From positions 13,144,001 through 13,208,000 of the forward strand of contig OX597817.1 in NCBI GenBank assembly GCA_951406725.2: a stretch of DNA of 64,000 bases, given 5' to 3'. The DNA is from Octopus vulgaris. Taxonomy: Eukaryota. A program made the position numbers and the translations under genes. Below the pieces are notes generated by a model. That model searched no databases. It saw only the letters and a program-made list of their open reading frames with translations, and was not told the DNA's origin. Below, one piece after another: positions 38,439-51,908 of this stretch. Within the stretch, counting starts at the first letter, position 1. Each line of letters starts with the position of its first letter.

Positions 38439-39160
38439 TTTACAACTAAGAAATGCTGTACGAAACAGTTATCAATTTCTCGTAGAAACTAAACAATCTA
38501 TTCTGAGATATGCGAAACAATCGAAACACCTAACGCTACGTACATGCTATGTAACACTAAAAGATAACCAAATATCAATTTTGAGGTGGATAGAGATCTC
38601 TTGCTATTTGAGATGTTATTTTGTAACGTTCTAATTCATTTTTCTTAACTCAAATTTCTTTAAGTTGTTACGTTCGTTTCAAAGCAAACATATTGAGCAA
38701 TATTACCACATAAGCGCGCGCACATTCGTGTCAATTCGGAAGTATAACTGAATCCGCTGGTCTGAACTATGTACAGATGCTGTATAAACTGTTTGCTAGT
38801 TACGCGACGCTGACAAGCCGCAACTACGGCGAAATGCATATCTGTCTCTGTCGTGATCACATCCGGGCGATTTCATTTGTCTAACTCTTAAGTATATTAT
38901 GTTCTAGTGTTTAGACAACACACATACATTAAGTATATTTTATTGATTAAGTTTTTATTATAGATCCGCTTCAATTGCATAATTCTGCTTATGCGGTGGG
39001 TATTGCAAACAACAGAGATAACGAATTAGATTTCCCGTCAGAACATTTTATGAGCAGTAAATATGAACTAATTATCTATTGCCTATAAAATGTTTTTACG
39101 AGAAATCTTTTTATTACAATACAACTATATAAGTGCAGCTATATGTATATCTACATATAA

Positions 39161-39391
39161 AGGCGGCGAGTTGGCAGAACCGTTAGCACGCCGGGCGACA
39201 TGCTTAGCGGTATTTCGTCTGACGTTACGTTCTGAGTTCAAATTCCGCCGAGGTAGACTTTGCCTTTCATCCTTTCGGGGTCGATAAATAAAGTACCAGT
39301 TCCGCACTGGGGTCGATGTAATCGACTTAATCCGTTTGTCTGTCATTGTTGGTCCCCTCTATGTTTAGCCCCTTGTGGATAGTAAAGAAAT
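39161..39391 (+). mobile_element. SINE family C monomer (others at 34591-34822 and 44777-45003, both minus)
   Basis: GGCGGCGAG.TGGCAGAA head, B box, GTAAAGAAATA 3' end. Confidence 0.9.
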
Positions 39392-39552
39392 ATATATGTA
39401 TAGTTACGTGTGTGTAAAACGCTTTAGCATCGGTGATGTAACTGGACACATGTATGTATGTTTGTATGTATACACACACACAGATACGCACAACACTAGA
39501 ACATGTACTAATTAATCATTGTATACAAAAAACTAATGCCAACGCCAGATAC

Positions 39553-42459
39553 ATAGAGAATATCACACCTGGTGACCGGAGGTGGGGGGGCTGTCCACTC
39601 AACCAACACTTACTACTGTGGGTGTCGCTGGATGATAGGCTCTAGCGATGATGTTATTCCACACTTTCCGATCCATGGCACAGGCCTTAGCATGCTCGGG
39701 CTCGAGGCACTGCGACTTCAGGTCTTCTCCAGTTTGTTTTGCCCATAGTACTGGATTCTCTAGTATGTGGGTCGCTGCTTCCACAACAGTTGGTGTGGAA
39801 GTCTCCCGGTGCTCATATTGCAGACGTGGCCAAACCACTGTAGTTTGCGCTGCTGAACTTGGTCTTCAATGGTCGGCTGCTGCTGACATTGCTCTCGGAT
39901 GGTGTTGTTTGAGATTCGGTCATGAAGAGAGACACCAAGGATTTGACGAAGACACTACATTTTGAACACCTCGCGCTTGTTCAGGTCTTGTTTGAGAATG
40001 GTCCAGGTTTCAGCGCTGTAGAAGAGCACAAGGAGGACCAGCCTGTGGAAAAGACGGATCTTGAACCTTAGGGGGGATGTTGGGCTTCTTTCAGACACAC
40101 CATCAAAGGGATGCAAACGCAGAAATCACAAACCCGATTCGGTAATTGATCTCTGCTATTGATGTCGCTTTTTTCTCCGCGACCAGTGAGCCGAAATATT
40201 TGAACTCCTAGACTTGCTCAATCTGAATAGCCTCAAGATGTACAATGGCTGGCAAGCCATATGTTGTTAGAACTTTTGTCTTGTCCGCGTTGGTCCTGAG
40301 ACCATAAGGCCGAGCGAAGCGAGCAATGTTGTACAGGATATCTGTAGCTTTGGCGTTATTAGTGGTGAAGATGGCGTCGTTGTCTGTGAATATAAGGTCT
40401 GTCACAGATCTGTTGGCGTCGAACTGTGCGCTCCATTGTCCGTCGAAATTTTGCTGCATGATGGCATCAATGATAACATTGAACTGGAGAGTGGAGATTA
40501 CATCTTATCGAACACCTGTCCTGATGGCGAATTCCTCAGAGGGGTTATCTTCGATTCGGACAAGGCTGGTTGAACCAACATAGACCGAACATAGGAGCGC
40601 AATGATCTACCTGCTCGGTTTCCAACGATCTCCATAGGGCGGTCCAATCGATGTAGTCGAAGGCAAACTTGAAGTCGATGAATACAACCATCGTCCGCTG
40701 CCTACAGTGCATTCCTTCTTCCATCAGTTGGAGAAGGGCAAAGATTTGGTCGCAACATCCACACACAAATAGAAAACCAGCTGGTTCTTCCCTGCTGGTC
40801 TATTCGCGATGATGTTGGAGCCACAATTAAATGATCTTCATTAAGACCTTCCCAACGATGGAGAGTAGGCTAACACCCCAGCACTTTTTGCATTCGCTAC
40901 TGTCGCCTTTCATATGGATGGGAATGATGATGGCCTTCTTCCATGTCAAAGGTATGCTGTCTGATAGCCATAGTAGTTGGGTATGAGTGCAAGGAGTCGT
41001 TCTAGCAGCACTACGCCTCCAACCGTAATCGCCTCAGCAGTGACTTGGTCCAAGCCAGGAGACTTCCTATTTTTCAACAAGCGTGTGGTTTCCTCACTTC
41101 CTCTAGTGTAGGCTCAATATCGATCATCAGGGTGTCGGGAGTGTCGACAGGTAGTGGAGCTGCCGACAGTCCCTGGGGTGGGTCGTAGTTATAGATTTCA
41201 TCAAAGAAATCTCTCCAACTCTGAAGGCGCTCATCCAGCGATCGCACAAACAGACCATCAGCTTTCCTAATATTACCGTTGGTCGACTTAGTCTTTCCAC
41301 TCAGCTGTCGAAGTGTGCGATAGAGATTCAGTACTCGTGTTTGGACGCAGCTTCCTCGAGATCGGTTGCCATCCTATCCCTGTATTCTTCCCTTTCCGCT
41401 TTCATACCCCGACGGACTTCTTGATTTAATTGCCGGTATTCATCGAAGTCGACCAGCTTCACTTTCTTGTGTATGTATACCAGGTCGAGGCACTCGTCTG
41501 AAACCCAGGGTTGCGTCCTGCATTGATTAGGCGGCACATTAAAAAATGGTCTCTGAAATTTTAAGTTCCTCATCGTCCACATTGTCGGATCCAGCCAGCG
41601 AGGCGAAGGGGTTGGTCAGGGCGATCTGGAAGTCACACTGTCGGGCGGCATCGTTCAGCTGATTCCAATTCAATCTGGTCACTTTCAGCAATTTCCGCTT
41701 CGCCTGTTGGAGTTTAAGCCAAATCCGGGCACGAACGAGGTAGTGGTCAAAGCTGCAATCGGGACCTCCCATAGCGCGGATATCCCGGAGTGATGATCGG
41801 AGCCGAGCATTGATAAGCACATAGTCCAGGATCGCTGAGTCATTTCCAGACAGATTTCCCATGTGAACTGGTGTTTCTGAGGAGGTCGGAAGTGAGTGTT
41901 CCAAACAACCAGATTGCTGGTTGTGGCGAATGAAGGCGGGACCCATTATCATTGATCTTTCCATGTCCGAAACATGTGTATGGTAGTTTCTCAGTCAGAT
42001 CTATCCAAGCCAACATGGTCGTTGAGGTTGCCAGTGAGGATGGTCCTTTCCCTTTGTGAAATTGAGTTCAGCATATGTTGTAGCTGATCGTAGAAGTCAT
42101 CCTTAGCGAGGTTTGAGCTGGCCTCAGTCGGACGATAGGTAGAGATGATGTGCGTTTTGATCGTTTGTCATCGCTAGAATAGTAGCCCTCAATTCTGTAC
42201 CGAGGGTAGGCGGGTCGATGATCATTGTTCCCGATCTAGTAAGTTGCAGTTCAGATAATGCCGCGATCGATACGTTACTCCTAAGTTCCCGGGAGATGAT
42301 CTCTTTCTGTCCGACGTGGTGTCCAGTTCGAACATTCCAGACAGCCACTTGTCTTCGGCGTGAAAAGTTATTTGTTTGGCAGGGCCGGGCAACCACCTTC
42401 GGTAGGGCAACCACCCTCCTCCTTTTGCAGTTGGGCTTGGGACCGTCCTCGGTGGAGTC
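39553..42459 (-). mobile_element. Near full-length decayed RTE-clade LINE (APE endonuclease plus RT)
   Basis: Motifs VAVWNVRT, DYVLIN, DHYLV (APE), FIDFKFAFDYID, DLIFTDND (degenerate YADD), FKYFGS. Many frameshifts. Possible TSD caacgcca(g)atac at 39540 and 42459. Confidence 0.85.
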
Positions 42460-42460
42460 A
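42412..42460 (-). ncRNA. Decayed twister (P1-type) ribozyme motif at the 5' end of an RTE LINE
   Basis: Minus strand UGACUCCACCGAGGACGGUCCCAAGCCCAACUGCAAAAGGAGGAGGG follows the twister pattern UAA-P2-GCC..GCCGGUCCCAAGCCCGG..P2'-GAGGG with several substitutions. Confidence 0.7.
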
Positions 42461-42796
42461 ACGCCAATACGTTCAATGTAAGAATGTGTCGGCACTCATC
42501 GTCGAATTTTAATGCAATTATCAGATGATATGAATGCTTCATTCTTCGGTATTGTTTCATTGGAGACAAATCGCCATCACAAGTACTTACATGGGGAACT
42601 ATATTTAAAACAATCAATGTAGTTGTTTTTCAGCCCCAGTTCACTCCTGACTGATGAGAGCTATAATCTAAAGCATTCCATTCATAGCCATCTTGCGGTT
42701 AGGACTGCATCATCCAAGGGATTATTTGGCTGCTATTTCTAGCAGGTTGAGCTAATACGCAGAGGCTCTGATTGCTATTTCTACAACTTATTAGAT

Positions 42797-42997
42797 CAGT
42801 GCTTTTCAAACTTTTTGCTAGAGCGGAACCCCAAGGAAACATTCCACTGGTTCGAGGAACCCCTGTGCAATAATTTAATAGTCTTATGCACACATATCTG
42901 CACAGGAGAATTAAAAATTACTGCCGATTTTAGCAGTTTTGTAACTTCTTGCGGAACCCCTGGACTGTACTGGCGGAACCCTGGTTGAAAACCACTG
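42797..42997. mobile_element. hAT (Charlie-like) MITE
   Basis: Same family as 31101-31301, TSD tattagat. Confidence 0.9.
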
Positions 42998-43560
42998 TAT
43001 TAGATCAATTGGAAGTCATCAGATACTCCATTGACTTACAATGTTTCTGTGGTGATTAAACTTAGACGGGGGATCACCTTTCTCTAATCTATCAACATGG
43101 TCGGATCTGAACTGAACTGGTAGGAGGTGTAAACCAACTACAAGGAAATGACGGTAAGAACATTAAGTTTTCTATTGTCTGAAGCGTTAAATTTTTAAGT
43201 TCATATCGGTTAAATGACTTAGTTTGTGGTTCCATTGCTGCATATCACTATCTCTCGTGTACACTTCATTTGCGTGCAAAACATTTTAACATCGCCTCTA
43301 TCCTATCTCTCTGAGTGAAAGAACCTGTTTAAACGAGAATGTAAAAAAGGAGAAAGCAAAGTCTTCAGTGTGAGTATGTGGTTTGAGGGGTCGACCGCGT
43401 CCTCCACTTCATTTTTTGTTAATCACTCATTCTCATTTAATTGTTTATATTTTAATTGTTTGTTTATTCATGTTTCGTCTCATTCGATACCCTGACCCCA
43501 ACGTTTGTTTCGTCCCCTCTTTTTCTCAACCTTATGGTGAATAAAGAAATACTCTCTCCT

Positions 43561-43648
<88 letters not shown>

Positions 43649-44142
43649 CTGGGTCTTTTATATCTTGTTACTTCCCTCTTTCTTTAATGCCTTATCCCAC
43701 TACTTTCCTGATCTTTTTGCCTTATATTAGGTATCCTGTCGTTTCTGTTTTGTCACATCCTTTCGTACATTTTAAATTTCGTAATTGATTTTTATTATTC
43801 GCGTTGGCGTATATTATATTTAATCTCAAACCTTATAGTTCTTCATGCGTCCATACACAATACTTCCCCAATTTTTCATTCCTCAAGAATCTCAGTTTAA
43901 TAATTACTTCTACTTCTTTTATTCTATGTTCAATTGCTTCAATTTTTCTTTAATTCTTTTCTTTCGTATTAATAGCTCTGCTGATTTACCGTCTCTCTGA
44001 TCATGTAGACTTTTATCTTGTCTACTCATTCATCGATCCAATTGTCTTCTTTTTTTTCTTTCACCTCTCCCATAAAATTATTTTCCCTTCTGAATTAACT
44101 CGTACATACACAAACTTATTTTTAATTATAGATAGTTATAAT

Positions 44143-44316
44143 AGGCGCAGGAGTGGCTGTGTGGTAAGTAGCTTGCTAACCAACCACATGGTTCCAGGTT
44201 CAGTCCCACTGCGTGGCAACTGTCCTCTGCTATAGTCCCGGGCCGACCTATGCCTTGTGAGTGGATTTGGTAGACGGAAACTGAAAAGAAGCCCGTCGTA
44301 TATATGTATATATGTG

Positions 44317-44370
<54 letters not shown>

Positions 44371-44583
44371 GCGTGTGTGTTTTTGTGTCTGTGTTTGTCC
44401 CCCTAGCATTGCTTGACAACCGATGCTGGTGTGTTTATGTCCCCGTTAGTTAGCGGTTCGGCAAAAGAGACCGATAGAATGAAGTACTGGACTTACAAAA
44501 GAACAAGTCCTGGGGTCGATTTGCTCGATTAAAGGCGGTGCTCCAGCATGGCCGCAGTCAAATGACTGAAACGAGTAAAAGAG
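44143..44583 (+). mobile_element. SINE family A copy
   Basis: Sequence identity to family A. Confidence 0.9.
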
Positions 44584-45453
44584 TTATGTAGGAGTAAAGC
44601 TATATTCTCGCTTCACTATTCATTCCATAGTATGGAGCTCCTTTTCGTTATTCATACACAATTAACATTGTCCGATATTGCGCGACGTCTAATAACTCCA
44701 CTTCGTTTTTCGTGGCGTTTGTCCATGTTTCTGAATTTACCAGTATTGATGGTTGTCCTGCTGTTGCTACCAATAATTATTTCTTTACTACCCACAAGGG
44801 GCTAAACAAGAGGGGACAAACAAGGACAGACACACGGACTAAGTCGATTATATCGACCCCAGTGTGTAACTGGTACTTATTTAATCGACCCCGAAAGGAT
44901 GAAAGGCAAAGTCAACCTCGGCGGAATTTGAACTCAGAACGTAACGGCAGACGAAATACCGCTAGGCATTTCGCCCGGCGTGCTAACGTTTCTGCCCTCG
45001 CCATCTCCAAGAAGCTGGTCTGCGTCTCCTATGAATTGTAACTTTCTTCTTTACTTCTATGGCCGTGTATTTTATTTTTATTCATTCTTTCTTTTATTTT
45101 TTCGATATTATTTCCTACTCACAAACGCGCACTCAGACACAAGCATCACACGCACCCACTCACCCACAGCTTGAGTATTTGTAATAGTTTGTCATTTCTG
45201 TTCTCTTTTTCAGAGGTGACAGGATATAACCCTTTGGCCGGTGATGCACCATTATCAGTTTGACCAACTGTGGTTCTCACAATATAGTTGCAATCATATA
45301 GGGGAAAGTGGACCTTCGCTTTGTACTGTTTCACTTCAGATCAGACCTCTCATCAAAGACATCCTAATTATGACCCTTCTAGCTTTCGGACAATTTATCT
45401 CGGACTACTTAAACCAATTTGAATGTTATTGGCAATAGGTATTATTTGCAGAA

Positions 45454-46098
45454 GGCGGCGAGCGAGCAGAAAGGTTAGCACGCCGGGCGAAATGTCTAGC
45501 GGCACTTCGTCTGCCGTTACGTTCTGAGTTCAAATTCCGCCGAGGTTGACTTTGCCTTTCATCCTTTCGGGATCGATAAATTAAGTACCAGTTACGTACT
45601 GGGGTCAATGTAATCGACTTAATCCCATTGTCTGCCCCCTCTGTGTTTAGCCCCTTGTGGGTAGAAAAGAAATAGGTATTTCGTCTGTCTTTATGTTCTG
45701 AGTTCAAATTCCGCCGAGGTCGACTTTGCCTTTCATCCTTTTCGGGGTCGATTAAATAAGTACCAGTTACGCACAAGGGTCGACATAATCGACTCAATCC
45801 GTTTGTCCTCTTTGTGTTTAGCCCCTTGTGGGTAGTAAAGAAATAGGTATTATTTGCAGAAGATTTTGCTTGTGACTAGTAAAGAAATAGGTATTTCGTC
45901 TGTCTTTACATTCTGAGTTCAAATTCCACCGAGGTCGACTTTGCCTTTCATCCTTTCGGGGTCGATTAAATAAGTACCAGTTACGCACTAGGGTCGATAT
46001 AATCGACTTAATCCGTTTGTCTGTCCTTGTTTGTCCTCTTTGTGTTTAGCCCCTTGTGGGTAGTAAAGAAATAGGTATTATTTGCAGAAGATTTTGCT
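45454..46098 (+). mobile_element. SINE family C trimer with triplicated target site
   Basis: aataggtattatttgcagaag occurs at 45434, 45842 and 46070. Confidence 0.88.
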
Positions 46099-46699
46099 GC
46101 TATTTCTAATAGTTCCAAAGACCGTAGAAGCTCCCTCTTTGGCTTGCTTCTCAAAGTAAAACTTGAAGGATAACGCTGAACTTACAACACCATTTAAAAG
46201 TAAATGAACCCGCCTCTTTACTTATTTAGCAACGACTGCAAGTAATGTTTGGCTCAAATAAAAAAAGGCAACAGATCACAATAATAATAATAGGTAAATA
46301 AAATTAGGTATACAAATATATTCCCGTTACTTAGAAACGTTGACTGAGCGAGTTTTTAAACCGCGATTTTTTTTTTGTTTTGCTTCATCAACGATTTGTA
46401 TAGGATCAAAATAAAACAAGGAACTACTAAATAATTGGACAACTTATTTATTATTGATTTCAAATTTAAAAAGTATTTTTATTGTTTATTTGCTTCAAAT
46501 ATGTAAAAAAATTGGTTCCTTTTCCCGTCAATAGTAAAAAAAAAAAAAGTGTATTAAAATATAAACAAATAATATTTCAAGGGAGATAATCGATGCTCGA
46601 CATTTATTAGTTACATGTTCTTGAATGGTGCCCAGAGGAACCCTTTGACAAGTTTCGTTAAATGTCTTGTTGCCCGAAGCCTGCAACAGCTGCTGTGAG

Positions 46700-47345
46700 G
46701 AACGAACTCGTGACTCGCAAGTTCCAGTACCAAATTTACCCAGCAGCAGCGCTCTCTCTCTCTCTGTCTCTGTGTTATGCTGAACTGCAGAATATCTCTG
46801 TGACAGTTGCTATGGCGACACTTCTGGTTGGGTAGACCCAACTAAATTATAAACGAATAATACCCACCCCTGCCTCGGAGTTCTATGCATAATTTTGACA
46901 CTATTGTCAAAGATACATCTCATAACAACTCGTGGTTACAATTGTTTCCCCATTATAATTTTTATTTACCCCTAAATAAGCCAATTTGCATACAACTGAC
47001 TTAATTCTACAACAGAAAGACAAATTAATCAGCTGATATCTTAGTATCTTTACTCTTAGATATTTTAAATATTCAGAAATTATAGCATTTATCTTGGAAA
47101 AAAAAATTGGAATAATTTTAAAAGAAGAAATAATGAATTATTATAATGAAAAAAGGCGATTATTAGTAATAATGGAAAAACAGAAAACGGCAGAGCTAGA
47201 CTTTATTCGAAAACCTCTTGTCTTTCCGTCGGTGAGGGATTGCTATTACATGACAGTCGAAAGGAAACGTACAGAGCGACATCTGAACGACGCATGCGCA
47301 TAGTTACTAGTTAAATTAATGGACGCCAGTGTTCCGAACAGGTTA
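46700..47345. promoter_or_regulatory. Probable SPOP promoter region, possibly bidirectional
   Basis: Locally CpG-enriched non-repeat sequence about 4.4 kb upstream of the SPOP ATG exon, which has its own splice acceptor. NRF1-like CGCATGCGCA at 47291-47300, RFX X-box-like GTTGCTATGGCGAC at 46806-46819, candidate donor CAG|GTTAGA at 47341/47342. Confidence 0.5.
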
Positions 47346-47924
47346 GAATTTTTTTATCTTTTACGGCCAAGACGGAATTTTATGCCGAGAATATACCGTT
47401 TCGTTGAGATTTCAACGTTCGAAATTCACACGTCTGTTGTTCGTTATCTCCCTGTTGAAATTTTAATTTCGATTTATCATTTAAAGACGTTTCTTTGGAG
47501 GTTTTTTTCCCTCTTTTGTTGTCGCCTTTCTGTGTTAGAAATCCTGTATATATCATCATTACGTGTGTGTCTCCGCCGAATTTCCTCCCAAAACACCAAT
47601 TCCCTCTCATTATACGCCACTATCATGTATGAAATACCATCCACAATTCACAATTACGGAATATTTAACCATTTTTCTCTCAAATCCGAAAAGCAGAGAA
47701 CTTACATTAACTCTTTTCACTCTTAATTTTCTCTTCCCTTACTTTAAGTGTTTCTAATCGTCTTCACTGCTTTGCTTCCTATTCGCCTTTTTTTTTTTTT
47801 ATTATATATGCCTTGTGTAGATTTATAATAATACACACTCTCCTCACATATATCGTTGTATATAACATATATATATGTTGTTGGTTTACTCAGCTGAGTT
47901 TAATACTGTATACCACGCTGTAAC

Positions 47925-48258
47925 ACACACACACACACGTGTGAGTATGTGTGCTTTATATATGTGTATATATATATGTGTGTGTGTATGTGTGCTTATA
48001 TATATATATATATATATAGGTACATATTATATTTATATATATATGTGTGTATTATATATATATATATATATATATAGGTACGTACTATATTTATATATAT
48101 ATGTGTGTATATGTGCTTTTATATATATATATATATAGGTACGTATTATATATATATATGTGTGTGTATGTGTGCTTATATATATATATATGTGTGTGTA
48201 TATGTGCTTTATATATATATATAGGTACGTATTATATATATATGTGTGTATGTGTGCT

Positions 48259-48349
<91 letters not shown>

Positions 48350-48477
48350 GTGTGTGTATATGTGCTTATATATATATATATATATATATAGGTACGTATT
48401 ATATATATGTGTGTATGTATGCTTTATATATATATATATATATATAGGTACGTATTATATATATATATATATGTGTG

Positions 48478-48522
<45 letters not shown>

Positions 48523-48530
48523 ATATGTGT
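47925..48530. repeat. Compound (TA)n/(TG)n microsatellite with higher-order GGTACGTATT punctuation
   Basis: Directly visible in the sequence. Confidence 0.95.
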
Positions 48531-49421
48531 TACCCATACATGTATACCTTATACACCTTACAGCCACATTCTAATATGTTAATGTTTGTTGATGTTTTTA
48601 TCTCCGATGCAGTACCACCTATTACGCCTATACGGCATATTTTCACAATGGTATTTAATGATTTTTTAAAAAAAAATAATCCTTTTTGCAATTTATGTTT
48701 AGCTTAATCGTATTGTTTTTTTGCGCCATATTAATTGAGTTATATTTTTCTCTCTCTCTTTTTTAATTCCATATTCACATTTACTAATTGTCATATCTAC
48801 GAGTAGAAAATTACACAGCCTTGCAGTAATTTAGATATCTCTCTTTAATATACGTTTGAAATTACTATTATTATTCGGTGTTCTGTTTGATTTCTCTCTC
48901 TCTCTCTTTTTTTTTTGTGACTATTTATGATGGGTCTTGAGGAAATATTTCTTGACTAATTTCCTATGTTAATTAAACGATTTTATCTAATTTCAAAGCT
49001 TATAATAATAATAATAATAATAAACTTGATGTTCCTCAGAAAACGCTATTTCACTAAAGAAGTCAATCTCTCTTTACACTCAAACATCTTTCAGAAAAAG
49101 ACTTTTACGTACAATAGACAAAAAAAAATAAGGCTTTTTTTACTCATCACTTGATTTTTCTCACTCGTTTAAGAAGCACAAAATTTATTTTATTAATTTA
49201 TAGGTTTATTTTGTGGCACATTTCCAGAATTTACTTTTGGTTTAGTCATAACTTAGTGAGTGATCTATAGATTTGGTATATTTGATAACCGAAAAGATAT
49301 GCCGTTCATTGTTAAATGAATGAAATCTAGTCTGTGGTAGACAAAAACGAATTCTCGGCATCTAGTGTAGTGGCTTGAAGCAAGGGGACTTCTAGTAATT
49401 CCTCTCCTTATCGCCTTCCTT

Positions 49422-49469
<48 letters not shown>

Positions 49470-51830
49470 TACATATATACACACACAATTTTATATGTGA
49501 TCACTCAGTCGCACTCTAATTTTTTCAAGGCACTCATAAATACCATTGATTTATTCATGGGTTGTAAATCCTTTTTATCGTAGCTATCGCATTGACTGTG
49601 TATAGTTTTACTTGGTCAGTCGACTCAGGCTTCTGAATATCGAGTCTCTTTTCTGTGGGGATCCACTAAGCAAGCTGTATCTTCAGAGAAACATAATTAG
49701 GTTATTTAACAGATGTTTCCTCTTTTTTTCCCCTTTCTGTGTCTACACATTTATCTGCAATAATACATCATTAATTTGGTGTTAGATTATTCTGATTTAA
49801 AAAGCCGTATAGATAGATCTTCGGTCAACGTTATTATCATTCTTTACTAAGTTATCTTTTACCTATCCAAACATATTGGTTAATTCATGTTAATTTCCTC
49901 GGTACAAGTGTTTTAGTCTTTTTTTTTTGCTGTCTTCTCAACGGTATCGAAACATTTAACCCTTGAATATCACCAACGATCTGAGATCGATTTTGTGTAC
50001 GAGTATATGTATAAACTATACTTTTAAAGTAGTTCATTGCTCGGTTAAACCCTCTAAGATAATTCTCCATAGAAAGAGATATTTCAGGTTTTAACATGTA
50101 TTTCTGTTTATAAAGTTTGGGCTAAATCTTTTCGATGAAAAAAATTTTGAAATCGAAGACACATTTTAACATATGGATTCAATCACCTATTCGTTCATTC
50201 CCCATGTACATCGAATTAGATTGGATTAATCAATGAAGGAGAGAGTAAGAGTTAATTATATGGAATGAAGCTTAAATTTAATTCCGAGGTAGTGCTAAAA
50301 TATGGACTAGAAGATAGCTTATCGAGCTATCCGGCTTATTTCTTTGTTCGTATCTGAATGAAGGTTTATTCAAAAACACGGAGTTAACTTAGTTTTGTTG
50401 TATTAACTCTCATTTTAGTACAGTTTGGGGGTATTGTTGCTATGCAGGTACTGTACTAGACCCCCTCCTTTTACTATTAATATTTTGGTCATTCATTATT
50501 TCCTGTGTATCGAGCTTTTAGATTCCTTTGCTTCATTCAACACAACCGATTTTCGGTAACTTTTGGGACATGCACATACTAACTGAGCAATTATTTATTA
50601 ACGTCTATATATTTTTTCTAGTGTGTCGTTTTACACTATAGATCAAGTTGTTTTGCAATTAGTAATTCTAAAACATTTCTTCTGCAGTTATTCCATTAAA
50701 GGTTCATGATTACATGAAGAAAACAGAGTCAACTTGGAATTTTTTTTAAAATGCTCTCTCTGTTGATTACAACAGAACCGTACTCTCATCTGAACACGAG
50801 ATAGGAAACTTTTTCCAATCCTATTTACATCTAGTTTTCCGAATGGTTCGGTCCTCCCTCCCCTCATCGGGATCGAAACAGCATAGAATGAATCATCATA
50901 ACTCATTTGGAAATCGGTTACCTTTATTAACTTGCTTTTTTATATTTTATTTAGTTCATTTGGGGCCCCTTACTTACTGCTTTATCGTTTTGTTTGATGC
51001 GACTTTTGTAAAATGGGTCTTTTATACCTATTATTAAATATATCTTCATATAGCATCTATTTGAATCTGTGACTAGCGTTAATTTTATTCACTCAGTTTT
51101 CTTTGCATTAACAAAATTCTATAGATATTAAATCCTCAAAGATTTGGGGTTTTTTTAAAATTGTTTTAGGAAATTTCTCATTCTTTTGTATTTGGTATAT
51201 ATAAACTGAAATGCTAACTTTTATTCTCATTACCAAAACTACCGTATTCTTTATTATAAACGATACAGCAATTTATATTTTTCAAAGTGATTTTTAATTT
51301 CTTTAAATATATTAGATGAAATTCTATTTAAAATTTTTCTTTCACTGTATATTGACTGGCCATAGATTCTTAGAATTTAGCTCCTGAAAGTGGATTTTTT
51401 TCCTATTTTTGACACTGATGAATATATGAAAATATCAAAACATTAGAAAAAAAAAAAACTATGAATTAATCAGTTAATTAAATTATATCAATTTTTTAAA
51501 AATTCAGTTACTGTATATTACTGGTGATTACTAGACACCATATCTCTACCTTCAAGTGCCAATTTTCCAGTCCTAAATAATGATTTCCCAGTATACTAAA
51601 AATTGTTGCTGAAACTTTGGTACTTAAGTTAAATGGTAACTAACAATAGTGTTTTCCGTTTTCCCATCATTTTCCAAGAGCTATGAAGTGTTTCTTTTGT
51701 ATTTTCAGTTCAAAATTAGCGGACATATTGATTTAATTTCTGTGTGGTTCCCTACCAATCTCTCAAGCTGTCGTCCCCGCCATCATCACAAGCACTGGAC
51801 CAAGATCCTACTGCCAGTGACCACACCAGG

Positions 51831-51908
51831 ATGGCAGTCTCCCGGGTGCCGACACCTCCACCACCGGAGATGTCATGCCCTGTGGCAGAAAATTGGTGTT
51901 ATACACAG
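51831..51908 (+). CDS. SPOP: SPOP (speckle-type POZ protein / roadkill ortholog), coding exon 1
   Basis: Encodes MAVSRVPTPPPPEMSCPVAENWCYTQ, matching the recalled human SPOP N-terminus [26 protein letters not shown]. Acceptor ttttcAG at 51707-8, in-frame upstream stop at 51729, GT donor at 51909 (phase 0). Confidence 0.95.

Noticed and set aside
51744-51830. N-terminal extension of SPOP from a GTG start
   Set aside because: There is no ATG, an in-frame stop lies at 51729, and homology begins at ATG 51831.
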